A DNA stretch of 64,000 bases from Alphaproteobacteria bacterium (GTDB lineage Bacteria; Pseudomonadota; Alphaproteobacteria; RF32; CAG-239). This document shows positions 1-9,513 of this stretch, piece after piece. Under the pieces are notes generated by a model. The model saw only the letters and a list, made by a program, of their open reading frames with translations, was not told where the DNA came from and ran no database searches. Positions within the stretch are counted from its first letter, which is position 1. Each line of letters begins with the position of its first letter. The position numbers and the translations under genes are program-made. The stretch is from positions 18,247-82,246 of the forward strand of contig JAZNKG010000025.1 of assembly GCA_045578445.1 (NCBI GenBank). The letters run 5' to 3'.

Positions 1-1
1 G

Positions 2-270
2 GGAGTTAATCTTAAATTTAGAGAAGGAGCTAAGGTTGATTTACAAGAGGCATATAATTTGCCGAAAGAGTTAGATTTATCAATGTGTTCTGATGTTGAT
101 TTAAGATGGTGTGATTTAAGTGGAGTTGAAAAGATTACGTTTAAAGAGGGGGCTGAGGTTGTTTTACGTTATGCAAAGAATTTACCGAAAAAGTTAGATT
201 TATCAATGTGTTCTTATGTTTGTTTGTATAAATGTGATTTAAGTGGGGTTAAAAAGATTAAGTTTAAGGA
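2..270 (+). repeat. Tandem 123-nt (41-codon) coding repeat inside the LRR-like gene
   Basis: The unit starting ttgccgaaagagttagatttatcaatgtgttct at 59 recurs as ttaccgaaaaagttagatttatcaatgtgttct at 182. A partial unit precedes it from the window edge. Confidence 0.7.
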
Positions 271-406
271 TAAAGAGCAAAAAAAGGAGTTTATGGAAGG
301 AGCTATAAACTTTAGAGGTAAGGCGCTTTATATAAAAGTTGAAGAAGTTGAGAAAAAATGTGGTTTTAGAGAAAAATTAAAAAGTATTTTTGATAAGGGT
401 ATGTGA
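2..406 (+). CDS. 3' part of a repeat protein with cysteine-containing LRR-like 41-aa repeats; 5' end lies outside the window
   Basis: Frame 2 is open from the window edge to TGA at 404-406. The translation shows repeated units NLPKxLDLSMCSxVxLxxCDLSGVxKIxFKEGAEVxL. The ORF-track start at 59 is only an internal TTG. Confidence 0.6.
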   Translation, partial: GVNLKFREGAKVDLQEAYNLPKELDLSMCSDVDLRWCDLSGVEKITFKEGAEVVLRYAKNLPKKLDLSMCSYVCLYKCDLSGVKKIKFKDKEQKKEFMEGAINFRGKALYIKVEEVEKKCGFREKLKSIFDKGM

Positions 407-569
407 TTGATGTTTGTGGCGATTGGTAATATCGATATGGATGTATTTCAGGTTACGATGTGGATTAACACTACTCGTAATGCTAATGCAAACTAACAAA
501 ATCTGGGAATTCATGGTAAAAACAATTCACCGGATTGTTTTTACTCATAAATTCGTTCGCCCCATATAT

Positions 570-595
570 AGCTTCTGGAAACGGGAGCTTTTTTG
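570..595 (+). terminator. Candidate intrinsic terminator in the non-coding region downstream of the LRR-like gene
   Basis: AGCTTC (570-575) pairs with GGGAGCT (583-589), including one G-U pair, and is followed by a T6 run. A second weaker hairpin GGCTC/GAGCC+TTTT lies at 608-629. Confidence 0.4.
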
Positions 596-771
596 TGCTT
601 ACAATCGGGCTCTCAGGTTCGAGCCTTTTCACTACGTAAGGGGTGTTGGCTTGGGCACACCCCTAACTTCGTTTCGGGCAAGAGTTTGTAACGTTTGCAT
701 AAGAATTTTTTTCTTGATTTTACTGCCTAAAAATGGTAGTATTGAATATATGAGCAAAACGGAGAGCGACT

Positions 772-2838
772 ATGAGTAATAATGGAAAAGATAAAAGCGT
801 TGAATTATCTCAAGAAAACATGATTAAGGCTGAAAAATTAGTTGCTGATGTTTTGGCTAGAACAGGTATAAAGCGCAAATTGTTGTGGGAAGAAACTCGT
901 TGTAGTCTGCTTGGGGCTTTAAATACAATGGTTAATAGTTTTAAAGCAGTTCCGGGTGTGAACTGGGTAGCAACATTGGTAGAAAAACCTCTTGTAACGG
1001 CTGTAAAAAGAGCTGAATGTAGAAAAAATACAAGAAAAGGTGAATGGAGATTAGCAATTACTAATGAAGTACGTAATATTTTGAATGAAGAATATAAAGA
1101 TCGTTCATCAGAAGAGTTGAAAAGTACTCCAACTCAATTTTCAAAAGCACATATAGATAAAGTAGCTGTAGGTGTTGTTGGTACAATAATGACAAGAGCT
1201 CGCAATTTAAGTAATAAAATAGCTATGGGTGTAAGTTGTGCGTTAGCGGCGTGTATTGCTGTTAAGCAACCTTGGGTTTTACCAATTGCAGTAACTACTA
1301 CCTGTATATGTGTATATCAACGAGCAAAAATTAATAAAAAGCAGATAACAGTAAATGTAGACGCTAAATCAAATCTTGATAATCGTGCAAAAGAAGTAAT
1401 AAATGAGCATACTCAAATTTTAGAAAATTCGCAATATTACGGTAATATTGCGAATTTTTCGTCTCGTATGGCGCAAGAAATGAGAAATGTTAGTGAAAAA
1501 GAAATTGAAACTAATAATAAAACACTAGATGTTATTAAAAAAAATTCAGATAAAAATGTAAACATTGATGGTTTTTGGGCAACTGCAACTGTTGCTATTC
1601 CTATGGCTATGTCATTTTTTGATGGTGGACTTAGTGCTTTGGCAACAACTGGAGTTCTTGGTGCAGCCAGTTGTAGTACTTGTACTAATTTAGGTGTATC
1701 AAGTACTATGAATTTTCTTAATTCAAAATTTGAAAGTGACGAAGCTATTAAAATGGTAGCAACACACATTAAACATTTAGATGTTAAAGATAAAAAATAT
1801 ACAAGAGGTAGTATAGAACTTGATAAAGATGATAATGTGATTTTCATTTCTAAAGATATGGCATATCAGCATAGGGATTTTAGTGAAGATGGTGCGCCTC
1901 TTTTGGGTGAAGACGTGTTTAGGAGCGGAGAGGATATTGTTATTGGTAAAGGTATTACGGTGTTAGGTGGAGCCAGCGGTGCCGGTAAATCTACGCTAAC
2001 AGCATTGCTTAGAAAGGGCGCATTAGCAACAGAGGGGTCTATTCAGCTTGGCAGATTGAATGAAGATGGAGAGTTTTCCGGAGTAGAGTATAAAGATATT
2101 GCTAATATTGTTGATAATGTTGGTGTTGCGTTTCAATCCGCTCCAAGAGCAGAAAGTATTACCGTTGATGAATATATTAAGATTGAAAATCCAAATGCAG
2201 ATCCTGATAAAGTTAAAGAAGTTAAGGATTTATTGGGTATAGGTGTAAGTGATAGAAGCGGTATGATTAATGAAAATGATAGTATTTCTAATCGTTTATC
2301 AGGCGGACAACAAAAAAGAATTGAATTGGCAAGAGTTTTAATAAAAGATAGTCCGATTATGATTTTAGATGAGCCTACTTCCGGTGTTGATGAGGTTATG
2401 TCCGATAGAATCGTTGATTATTTGAAAGAATTAGGAAAAGAAAAGACTATTGTTTATATAACTCACGATGCAAGAGAAATAGAAAAAATAGGAGCTGTGC
2501 AAGCTATTGATATTGATAAACATCATTCTGAAGATGGTACAAATATTATAAAAACATTTGATTTGACAGATAAAAATACAAGAGATGAATATATTAAATT
2601 TTTTGAAAATAGACGTAATATTGATATGGAAAGGAATGCTAATTTAAATGATTATCATATTGCGGTAGATGTTGTTTCTTTACCTAAGGAAAACCGCCTA
2701 GTATATAATAAAGAATATTTAGAAAAAGTAAGAGGCAAACTTAGAGGTGCAGATAAAAGTGCCACAGATGAATTAGTAAGTAAAGCAAAGACTGCCACAG
2801 TTGCTCCCGTATCTCTAGGTGACATAATGGAGGTATAG
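772..2838 (+). CDS. ABC-type ATPase fused to an atypical ~380-aa N-terminal domain with about 4 TM segments
   Basis: ATG is preceded by a GGAGA SD. The C-terminal third carries Walker A GGASGAGKST, signature LSGGQQKRIELARVL, Walker B IMILDEPTSGVD and H-loop ITHD. The N-terminal part has two hydrophobic hairpins (around aa 150-185 and 265-310) separated by a polar region. Confidence 0.8.
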   Translation: MSNNGKDKSVELSQENMIKAEKLVADVLARTGIKRKLLWEETRCSLLGALNTMVNSFKAVPGVNWVATLVEKPLVTAVKRAECRKNTRKGEWRLAITNEVRNILNEEYKDRSSEELKSTPTQFSKAHIDKVAVGVVGTIMTRARNLSNKIAMGVSCALAACIAVKQPWVLPIAVTTTCICVYQRAKINKKQITVNVDAKSNLDNRAKEVINEHTQILENSQYYGNIANFSSRMAQEMRNVSEKEIETNNKTLDVIKKNSDKNVNIDGFWATATVAIPMAMSFFDGGLSALATTGVLGAASCSTCTNLGVSSTMNFLNSKFESDEAIKMVATHIKHLDVKDKKYTRGSIELDKDDNVIFISKDMAYQHRDFSEDGAPLLGEDVFRSGEDIVIGKGITVLGGASGAGKSTLTALLRKGALATEGSIQLGRLNEDGEFSGVEYKDIANIVDNVGVAFQSAPRAESITVDEYIKIENPNADPDKVKEVKDLLGIGVSDRSGMINENDSISNRLSGGQQKRIELARVLIKDSPIMILDEPTSGVDEVMSDRIVDYLKELGKEKTIVYITHDAREIEKIGAVQAIDIDKHHSEDGTNIIKTFDLTDKNTRDEYIKFFENRRNIDMERNANLNDYHIAVDVVSLPKENRLVYNKEYLEKVRGKLRGADKSATDELVSKAKTATVAPVSLGDIMEV

Positions 2839-2891
2839 GTGTTTGTGGTGATAAAGTTTAAGAGTAAATTTATTTGAAGTAATAATTAAAA

Positions 2892-3320
2892 TTACCATGC
2901 GGGGAAGTCTGATATTGTTGGTTGAATGTTCGGTTCTAGAGCTTCTTTTATATATTTTAAAGGAATCGATTGAATTATAATTAATCTATCTCCGCTTTGG
3001 TAAATGGTGTTTTCTATTTTATCTTTATAGTGTAGCGGATTCATATCTCGCGGATTTACTGATGATGATTGAGTGGTAATCATATTCGGTGTTGATGTTG
3101 GGGCAGGTGTTTGTTTTAGATGTTCAGGTGTTGTGTTAACATTTTGATTTGTTGTGTTATTTTCTGGCGCAATATAGCCAAAAGGATTTGGAGAATTGTA
3201 TGGCTGTTCAACAATTACCTCTTTTCTTTGTCCGTCAGGTGTGTTGGCTGACCCTATAATTTTTGTTGGCTCATTGGGTTCGGCTGTTATAATTAAAGAT
3301 GATAAAATTAAACTGAACAT
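2892..3320 (-). CDS. Small exported Pro/Thr/Asn-rich protein of unknown function
   Basis: AAGGAG SD 6 nt upstream of the ATG. It has a hydrophobic N terminus (MFSLILSSLIITA), a low-complexity middle and a structured-looking C-terminal ~45 aa. Convergent with the ABC gene. Confidence 0.55.
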   Translation of the reverse strand: MFSLILSSLIITAEPNEPTKIIGSANTPDGQRKEVIVEQPYNSPNPFGYIAPENNTTNQNVNTTPEHLKQTPAPTSTPNMITTQSSSVNPRDMNPLHYKDKIENTIYQSGDRLIIIQSIPLKYIKEALEPNIQPTISDFPAW

Positions 3321-3491
3321 TTTTTCTCCTTTTATATTTATATAGTATTTTTTTTGTATTTTTTAAGATGTAAAAGTCGTTTCTTTTTAAAAAATGATGT
3401 TTTTTTGTCAATGTGATTCAACATGAATCTCTGCAAGGGATTTAAAAGTGAATTTTTTTGCATTTTTTTTGCTTTTTTGTGCATTTTTTAC

Positions 3492-3520
3492 TTGCATAAT
3501 TAAAATTTAAATGTTACAAA
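3492..3520 (+). promoter_or_regulatory. Candidate sigma70 promoter of the S10 operon
   Basis: TTGCAT (3492-3497), 17-nt spacer, TACAAA (3515-3520). It is preceded by A/T tracts containing three TGCATTTTTT-like repeats (UP-element-like). Confidence 0.3.
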
Positions 3521-3621
3521 GCCCAAGCAACAAAAAGTTAAGGAAGTGTTAACTTTCTTGCGAATCAAATATAACCCATAATGCAGACGAGTTGTTGCGA
3601 AAGTTTGCAGTAATTTTTTAG

Positions 3622-3653
3622 ATGGCAGGTTCCATTATGGAATTTTTTGCCAT
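3622..3653 (+). promoter_or_regulatory. S10 leader hairpin, a possible L4-type attenuator
   Basis: ATGGCA (3622-3627) pairs with TGCCAT (3648-3653). This encloses TTCC/GGAA (3630-3633 / 3639-3642) followed by a T6 run, and lies 24 nt upstream of the rpsJ ATG. Confidence 0.3.
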
Positions 3654-3676
3654 TTAGTTATAGGAAAAGTGTTAAA

Positions 3677-3988
3677 ATGATGGATACACAAAATATTAGA
3701 ATTCGCCTCAAGGCTTTTGATCATCGCTTATTAGATTTATCTACTAAAGAGATTGTTCATACAGCTAAAAGAACTGGGGCTGAGGTTAGAGGTCCAATAC
3801 CTCTTCCAACTAAAATTGAGAAGTTTACGATTAACCGTTCTCCTCACGTTGATAAAAAGTCTCGTGAACAGTTCGAAATTCGTACTCACAAAAGACTTCT
3901 TGATATTGTAAATCCTACACCACAAACAGTTGACGCGTTGATGAAATTAGACTTGGCAGCTGGTGTGAATGTAGAAATTAAGTTATAA
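3677..3988 (+). CDS. rpsJ: 30S ribosomal protein S10
   Basis: Translation [20 protein letters not shown]... is typical S10. ATG at 3677 follows an AGGAAA SD. The TTG at 3647 in the ORF track would add a non-conserved extension. Confidence 0.95.
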   Translation: MMDTQNIRIRLKAFDHRLLDLSTKEIVHTAKRTGAEVRGPIPLPTKIEKFTINRSPHVDKKSREQFEIRTHKRLLDIVNPTPQTVDALMKLDLAAGVNVEIKL

Positions 3989-4043
3989 TTTTAATGTTGG
4001 TTTTTGAAATACAAAATCAACCTATTGAAAAGGAAAAATAAAA

Positions 4044-4769
4044 ATGCGTACTGGTCTTATCGCAAAAAAACTTGGAATGACTAGACTTTTTGAAGCTGAT
4101 GGTACACATGTACCTGTAACAGTTTTAGCTGTTGAAGGCTTAAAAGTAGTTGGTGTCAGAACAAATGAAAAAGACGGATATAGCGCTGTTCAATTAGGAA
4201 CAGGTGCTGTTAAGGCAAAGAATGTATCTAAGCCTATGAAAGGATTTTTCACCAAGGCTAATGTTGAGCCTAAAAAGAAATTAGCAGAATTCAGAGTTTC
4301 TGAAGATTGCTTATTGTCTGTTGGTGATGAATTGTCTGTAGAACACTTTGTTGCTGGTCAATTTGTTGATGTTTGTGCATCATCTATCGGTAAAGGTTTT
4401 GCTGGTCCTATGAAACGCCACAACTTTGCTGGTTTGGAAGCAACACACGGTGTGTCAATTTCTCACCGTTCACATGGTTCTACAGGTCAAAGACAAGATC
4501 CAGGTAAGGTATTTAAAGGCAAGAAAATGGCTGGACATATGGGTGATGAACGCGTTACTGTTCAAAACCTTAAAGTTGTTTCAGTTGATGCAAACCGTGG
4601 TTTGATTATGGTTAAAGGTGGCGTTCCTGGTGCTGAAAATGCATGGGTATATGTTACTGATGCTATCAAAAAAACTGCAGATGTTAAATTGCCAATGCCT
4701 GCTGGTTTGAAAAAGGTTGATGAACCTGTTGCAGTTAAAGCTGAAGTAGAAACAGCTGATAATGCATAG
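4044..4769 (+). CDS. rplC: 50S ribosomal protein L3
   Basis: [28 protein letters not shown]... is typical L3. Conserved S10-operon order. Confidence 0.97.
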   Translation: MRTGLIAKKLGMTRLFEADGTHVPVTVLAVEGLKVVGVRTNEKDGYSAVQLGTGAVKAKNVSKPMKGFFTKANVEPKKKLAEFRVSEDCLLSVGDELSVEHFVAGQFVDVCASSIGKGFAGPMKRHNFAGLEATHGVSISHRSHGSTGQRQDPGKVFKGKKMAGHMGDERVTVQNLKVVSVDANRGLIMVKGGVPGAENAWVYVTDAIKKTADVKLPMPAGLKKVDEPVAVKAEVETADNA

Positions 4770-4787
4770 TATTTAAGGAATTTGAAA

Positions 4788-5408
4788 ATGAAACAGGACA
4801 TCTTAAATTTGAATAATGAAAACGTTGGCAGCATTGAATTGAACGATGCTATCTTCGGTGTTGAAGTTCGTGCTGACGTTTTACACCGCGTTGTAAATTG
4901 GCAATTAGCTATGCGTCAATGCGGTAACCACTTGACTAAAGGTCGTTCTGATGTTGCATTAACACCAGCTAAACCTTTCAAACAAAAAGGTAGCGGTAAT
5001 GCTCGTCAAGGTAGCCGTAAAGGTACACAATTTAGAAAAGGTGGTATAGTGTTTGGTCCAGTTGTAAGAGACCATTCTCATGACTTAACTAAGAAATTTA
5101 GAAAGTTAGGTTTGAAGGTTGCTCTTTCAGCTAAGGCTAAAGAAGGTAATCTTATCATTGTTGATGAAGCAAAGCTTTCTAATCCAAAAACAAAAGAATT
5201 ACTTGCTAAATTGAATGTTTGTGGATTGAATAACTGCTTATTCATTGATGGTAAAGAAGTAGATCTTAACTTCGCATTAGCTAGCCGTAACATTGTTGGT
5301 GTAGATGTATTACCTACAATTGGTGCTAATGTGTACGATATTTTGAGAAAAGAGAAGTTGGTATTAACTAAAGACGCTGTTGCATGCTTGGAGGAAAGAT
5401 TACAATGA
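4788..5408 (+). CDS. rplD: 50S ribosomal protein L4
   Basis: L4-like translation ([19 protein letters not shown]). ATG at 4788 is 8 nt after AAGGAA. The TTG at 4782 is the alternative start. Confidence 0.95.
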   Translation: MKQDILNLNNENVGSIELNDAIFGVEVRADVLHRVVNWQLAMRQCGNHLTKGRSDVALTPAKPFKQKGSGNARQGSRKGTQFRKGGIVFGPVVRDHSHDLTKKFRKLGLKVALSAKAKEGNLIIVDEAKLSNPKTKELLAKLNVCGLNNCLFIDGKEVDLNFALASRNIVGVDVLPTIGANVYDILRKEKLVLTKDAVACLEERLQ

Positions 5409-5722
5409 AAAAATCAGATAAAACAAACAATGTAACTGCAGCTATGTATGATACATTACTTCGTCCGGTAATTACTGAGAAGTCTATGATGTCTTCTGAA
5501 GGTGGTAAAGTTGTATTTACAGTTCCTCTTTCTGCTACAAAAGAAGATATTAAAGCGGCTGTTGAAGCTATTTTCAATGTTAAAGTTGAAAAAGTAAATA
5601 CCGTTACACAAGCTGGTAAGGTAAAACGCTTTAGAGGTTATGAGGGCGTTCGCTCTGATTACAAAAAGGCAGTTATTACTCTTGCCGAAGGTCAAAATAT
5701 TGATGTTACAGCAGGAATTTAG
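5405..5722 (+). CDS. rplW: 50S ribosomal protein L23
   Basis: [27 protein letters not shown]... is L23. The ATG overlaps the rplD stop (ATGA) after a GGAGGA SD. Confidence 0.95.
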   Translation: MKKSDKTNNVTAAMYDTLLRPVITEKSMMSSEGGKVVFTVPLSATKEDIKAAVEAIFNVKVEKVNTVTQAGKVKRFRGYEGVRSDYKKAVITLAEGQNIDVTAGI

Positions 5723-5724
5723 TC

Positions 5725-6561
5725 ATGGCTTTGAAAACATTTAAGCCCGCTACTCCAGGTCTTCGTCAACTTATTATTGTTGACAGAAGTGAGCTTTATA
5801 AAGGCAAACCTGAAAAAAGTTTGACAGTTGGTCTTACAAAAACTGGTGGGCGTGATAATTTTGGACACGTTACAAGTCGTAAAATCGGTGGCGGTCACAA
5901 ACGCAAATACCGTGTAATTGACTTTAGACGTAATAAATTTGATTGTGAAGCAACTGTGGAAAGAATCGAATATGATCCAAACCGCACATCTTTCATCGCT
6001 TTAATTAACTATGAAGATGGCGAAAAGGCTTATATTTTAGCTCCACAAAGATTAAAAGCTGGTGATAAAGTTATCTCTTCTGAGAAAGCTGATATTAAAC
6101 CAGGTAATGCAATGCCATTAAAGAGCATGCCAGTTGGTACAATTGTACACAACGTTGAATTAAAAGCAGGTAAAGGCGGACAATTAGTTCGTTCTGCTGG
6201 TTGTTATGCTCAAGTTGTTGGTAAAGATGCAGGTTATGCTCAATTGAAATTATCTTCAGGCGAATTAAGAATCGTTCGTGAAGAATGTTTGGCTACTGTT
6301 GGTGCGGTTTCAAACCCAGATAACCAAAACATTTCATTGGGTAAAGCTGGTCGTTCAAGATGGCTTGGCGTTCGTCCAGTTGCTCGTGGTGTTGCAATGA
6401 ACCCAGTAGATCACCCACATGGTGGTGGTGAAGGCCGTACTTCTGGTGGTCGTCATCCAGTTACTCCTTGGGGTAAACCTACTAAGGGTGCTAAAACTCG
6501 TTCTAACAAGAAGACAGATCGCTTTATTATGAGATCTCGTCATGTAAATAAAAAGAAATAA
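5725..6561 (+). CDS. rplB: 50S ribosomal protein L2
   Basis: [15 protein letters not shown]...HPHGGGEGR is L2. Confidence 0.98.
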   Translation: MALKTFKPATPGLRQLIIVDRSELYKGKPEKSLTVGLTKTGGRDNFGHVTSRKIGGGHKRKYRVIDFRRNKFDCEATVERIEYDPNRTSFIALINYEDGEKAYILAPQRLKAGDKVISSEKADIKPGNAMPLKSMPVGTIVHNVELKAGKGGQLVRSAGCYAQVVGKDAGYAQLKLSSGELRIVREECLATVGAVSNPDNQNISLGKAGRSRWLGVRPVARGVAMNPVDHPHGGGEGRTSGGRHPVTPWGKPTKGAKTRSNKKTDRFIMRSRHVNKKK

Positions 6562-6573
6562 GGAGGTAAACTG

Positions 6574-6852
6574 ATGACTCGTTCCGTATGGAAAGGACCT
6601 TTTGTAGATGGTTATCTTCTTAAAAAAGCTGATGCAGCAAGAGCATCTACTCGTAATGAAGTGATTAAAGTATGGTCTCGCCGTTCTACTATTTTGCCAA
6701 ACTTTGTTGGTTTGACATTTGGTGTACACAATGGTCATAAATTTATCCCAGTACTTGTTACTGAAGAAATGGTTGGTCATAAGTTAGGTGAGTTCGCTCC
6801 AACACGTACCTTCTATGGTCACGCTGCAGATAAAAAAGTTAAGAGAGGTTAA
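6574..6852 (+). CDS. rpsS: 30S ribosomal protein S19
   Basis: [18 protein letters not shown]... is S19. AAGGAGG SD. Confidence 0.98.
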   Translation: MTRSVWKGPFVDGYLLKKADAARASTRNEVIKVWSRRSTILPNFVGLTFGVHNGHKFIPVLVTEEMVGHKLGEFAPTRTFYGHAADKKVKRG

Positions 6853-6854
6853 TT

Positions 6855-7229
6855 ATGGGAAAAAGTAAAGATACAAGAAGACTTTCTGACAACCAAGCAA
6901 TGGCTCAGAATAATTCTATCCGCTCTAGCTCTCGTAAATTGAATCTTGTTGCTCAGACAATCAGAGGCTTAAGCGCTGAAAAAGCTGTTGCAGAACTTAG
7001 CTTTTCTAAGAAAAGAATCGCAAAAGTTGCTTTAGAAGTATTAAAATCTGCTATTGCCAATGCAGAAAATAACCACAAACTTAACATTGATAAGTTGGTA
7101 GTTAAAGAAGCTTATACTGGTAATGGTATTGTAATGAAACGCATGCATGCACGTGGTCGTGGTAGAGGTGCAAGGGTTTTGAAACCTTTCTCTAAATTGA
7201 CTATCGTTGTTGCTGAACGTGGGGAGTAA
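6855..7229 (+). CDS. rplV: 50S ribosomal protein L22
   Basis: L22-like translation, in the conserved position between rpsS and rpsC. Confidence 0.95.
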   Translation: MGKSKDTRRLSDNQAMAQNNSIRSSSRKLNLVAQTIRGLSAEKAVAELSFSKKRIAKVALEVLKSAIANAENNHKLNIDKLVVKEAYTGNGIVMKRMHARGRGRGARVLKPFSKLTIVVAERGE

Positions 7230-7233
7230 GTAA

Positions 7234-7902
7234 ATGGGACAGAAAGTAAATCCTATCAGTCTTCGTTTAGGTGTTAACCGCACTTGGGACTCTCGTTGGT
7301 ATGCTGATGAAAATTATACTGACTACCTCCACGAAGATTTGAAAATTAGAAAATTTTTGAAAGAAAAGTTAGCTCAAGCTGGTGTTAGCAAGGTTGTTAT
7401 TGAACGTCCAGCTAAGAAAGCTAGAGTTACTATTCATTCAGCTAGACCAGGTGTTGTAATTGGCAAGAAAGGTCAAGACATTGAGTTGTTAAGAAAAGAC
7501 ATTCAAAAGTTGACTGATTCTGAAGTTCAATTAAACATTTTGGAAGTTAGAAAACCAGAATTAGATGCACAATTAGTGGCTGATTCTGTTGCTCAGCAAT
7601 TGGAAAGACGTGTTGCTTTCCGTCGTGCTATGAAGAGAGTTATGCAATCAGCTCTTCGTTTGGGTGCTGAAGGTATTAAAGTTGCATGTTCAGGTCGTTT
7701 AGGCGGTGCTGAAATTGCTAGAACTGAGTACTACCGTGAAGGTAGAGTGCCTTTACACACATTACGTGCTGATATTGACTATGCTACTTCAACTGCTCAC
7801 ACTACATATGGTGCTTGCGGTATTAAAGTTTGGATTTATAAAGGCGAAATTATGTCTCATGATCCAATGGCACAAGACAAGAAATTGGCTGAACAAAAGT
7901 AA
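7234..7902 (+). CDS. rpsC: 30S ribosomal protein S3
   Basis: [24 protein letters not shown]... is S3. Confidence 0.98.
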   Translation: MGQKVNPISLRLGVNRTWDSRWYADENYTDYLHEDLKIRKFLKEKLAQAGVSKVVIERPAKKARVTIHSARPGVVIGKKGQDIELLRKDIQKLTDSEVQLNILEVRKPELDAQLVADSVAQQLERRVAFRRAMKRVMQSALRLGAEGIKVACSGRLGGAEIARTEYYREGRVPLHTLRADIDYATSTAHTTYGACGIKVWIYKGEIMSHDPMAQDKKLAEQK

Positions 7903-7917
7903 GAATGAGGTTTTGAT

Positions 7918-8346
7918 ATGTTAAGTCCAAAACGTGTAAAGTTCCGTAAACAGCATAAAGGCCGTATTCATGGCCTAGCTAAAGGCGGTTCTGAATTAAG
8001 TTTCGGTTCATTTGGCTTAAAAGCTCTTACTCCAGAACGCGTTACAGCACGTCAAATCGAGGCAGCTCGTCGTGCAATTACTCGTGAAATGAAGAGAGCA
8101 GGAAGACTATGGATCAGAATTTTCCCAGATGTTCCTGTAACAGATAAACCTGCTGAGGTTCGTATGGGTAAAGGTAAAGGTGCTGTCGAATTTTGGGTAG
8201 CAAGAGTTAAACCAGGACGTATTATGTTCGAAATTGCGGATGTTGATGAAGAATTAGCACGCAGAGCATTTGCGTTAGGTGCAGCAAAATTGCCTGTAAA
8301 GAGCAAATTTGTTAAACGCTTGAATTCAGATAATGGAGAAGCATAA
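7918..8346 (+). CDS. rplP: 50S ribosomal protein L16
   Basis: [19 protein letters not shown]... is L16. Confidence 0.98.
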   Translation: MLSPKRVKFRKQHKGRIHGLAKGGSELSFGSFGLKALTPERVTARQIEAARRAITREMKRAGRLWIRIFPDVPVTDKPAEVRMGKGKGAVEFWVARVKPGRIMFEIADVDEELARRAFALGAAKLPVKSKFVKRLNSDNGEA

Positions 8347-8543
8347 TGGTGAAAATTAAAGATTTGAGAGCTATGAGCGTTGATGAATTAGAAGCAAGAC
8401 TCGTAGAATGCAAAAAAGAGCAATTAACATTGCGTATTAAGCAAGCTACTGGTCAATTAGAAAATACATCAGCTATCTCTAAAGTTCGTAAAGAAGTAGC
8501 TCAAATCAATACGCTTTTAACAGAGCGTAAGAAGAATAGTTAG
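8346..8543 (+). CDS. rpmC: 50S ribosomal protein L29
   Basis: L29-like 65 aa. The ATG shares one nucleotide with the rplP stop codon. Confidence 0.93.
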   Translation: MVKIKDLRAMSVDELEARLVECKKEQLTLRIKQATGQLENTSAISKVRKEVAQINTLLTERKKNS

Positions 8544-8554
8544 GAGAAAAACAG

Positions 8555-8797
8555 ATGCCTAAAAGAATTCTTCAAGGTGTAGTAGTAAGTGCTAAACAGG
8601 ATAAAACTGTCGTAGTCAGCGTAGAGCGTCAAGTTATGCATCCTGTTTATAAGAAATTCGTTAAGAAGAGTAAGAAATTTGCTGCTCACGACGAGAATAA
8701 TCAGTGCAAGGAAGGTGATATGGTTTCTATTATTGAATCTAAACCATATTCAAAAACTAAAACTTGGACTGTAGTTAGTAATAATGAAAATGCCTAG
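8555..8797 (+). CDS. rpsQ: 30S ribosomal protein S17
   Basis: [21 protein letters not shown]... is S17. Confidence 0.96.
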   Translation: MPKRILQGVVVSAKQDKTVVVSVERQVMHPVYKKFVKKSKKFAAHDENNQCKEGDMVSIIESKPYSKTKTWTVVSNNENA

Positions 8798-8817
8798 ATT
8801 TTAGAAGGAATTGAATT

Positions 8818-9186
8818 ATGATACAGATGCAAACCAACCTAGATGTTGCGGATAATTCTGGAGCACGTCAGGTGCAGTGCATTAAAGTTCTTGGTGGTTC
8901 CAAGAGAATGCATGCTTCAGTCGGTGACATTATTATCGTTTCCGTTAAGGATGCTATGCCTAAGGGACGTGTGAAGAAAGGTGATGTTCAACGTGCAGTT
9001 ATCGTTAGAACAGCTAGTGACATCAGACGTAAAGACGGTAGTGTTATCCGTTTTGACAGCAATGCAGCTGTTTTGGTAAACAAAGATGGTGAACCAATTG
9101 GTACACGTATTTTTGGCCCTGTTACCAGAGAGTTGCGTGCAAAAAAATTTATGAAAATAATTTCTTTAGCACCGGAGGTTTTGTAA
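8818..9186 (+). CDS. rplN: 50S ribosomal protein L14
   Basis: [27 protein letters not shown]... is L14. Confidence 0.98.
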   Translation: MIQMQTNLDVADNSGARQVQCIKVLGGSKRMHASVGDIIIVSVKDAMPKGRVKKGDVQRAVIVRTASDIRRKDGSVIRFDSNAAVLVNKDGEPIGTRIFGPVTRELRAKKFMKIISLAPEVL

Positions 9187-9187
9187 T

Positions 9188-9502
9188 ATGAGCAAAATGA
9201 AGATTAAAAAAGGTGATAAAGTAATCGTTATCGCAGGTGATGACAAAGGCAAAACTGGTGAAGTTTTAAGAGCTATGCCAAAACTCGGTAAGGTTATTGT
9301 TCAAGGTGTAAATCTTGTTAAAAGACACACTAAGCCAAGTCAAACAAACCCTGGCGGTATTGTTACCAAAGAAGCAGCTATTCAAGTTTCTAACGTAGCA
9401 GCTGTAACATCTGAAGGCAAACCTACAAAGGTTGGCTATAAAGTTGTTGACGGCGTTAAAAAACGCGTTGCTCGTAAGACTGGTGAAGTAATCGATAATT
9501 AG
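9188..9502 (+). CDS. rplX: 50S ribosomal protein L24
   Basis: [23 protein letters not shown]... (KOW motif) is L24. Confidence 0.96.
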   Translation: MSKMKIKKGDKVIVIAGDDKGKTGEVLRAMPKLGKVIVQGVNLVKRHTKPSQTNPGGIVTKEAAIQVSNVAAVTSEGKPTKVGYKVVDGVKKRVARKTGEVIDN

Positions 9503-9513
9503 GAGATAAATTG

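Noticed and set aside
407-771. Possible tmRNA or tRNA-like gene. The cues were GTGGCGATTGG...ATCGAT near the 5' end, GGTTCGAGCC at 616-625 resembling a T loop, and the short frame ...NANAN-stop.
   Set aside because: No 5-bp T stem can be formed around GGTTCGAGCC. No 3' strand complementary to the putative acceptor, followed by CCA, is present. The candidate tag does not end in the usual hydrophobic-Ala-Ala. The resemblance is too weak to call.
414-779. A 121-aa ORF in the ORF track between the LRR-like gene and the ABC gene.
   Set aside because: It starts at TTG with no SD. It encodes a W/C/R/F-rich sequence unlike the other proteins here, and it reads straight through three stem-loops, including a terminator-like hairpin. 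It also overlaps the well-supported start of the next gene. I treat it as non-coding structured DNA instead.
3647-3676. TTG-initiated N-terminal extension of rpsJ in the ORF track ([10 protein letters not shown]...).
   Set aside because: S10 proteins start close to the conserved IRIRLKAFD motif. The ATG at 3677 has an SD, and the extension lies inside the leader hairpin.
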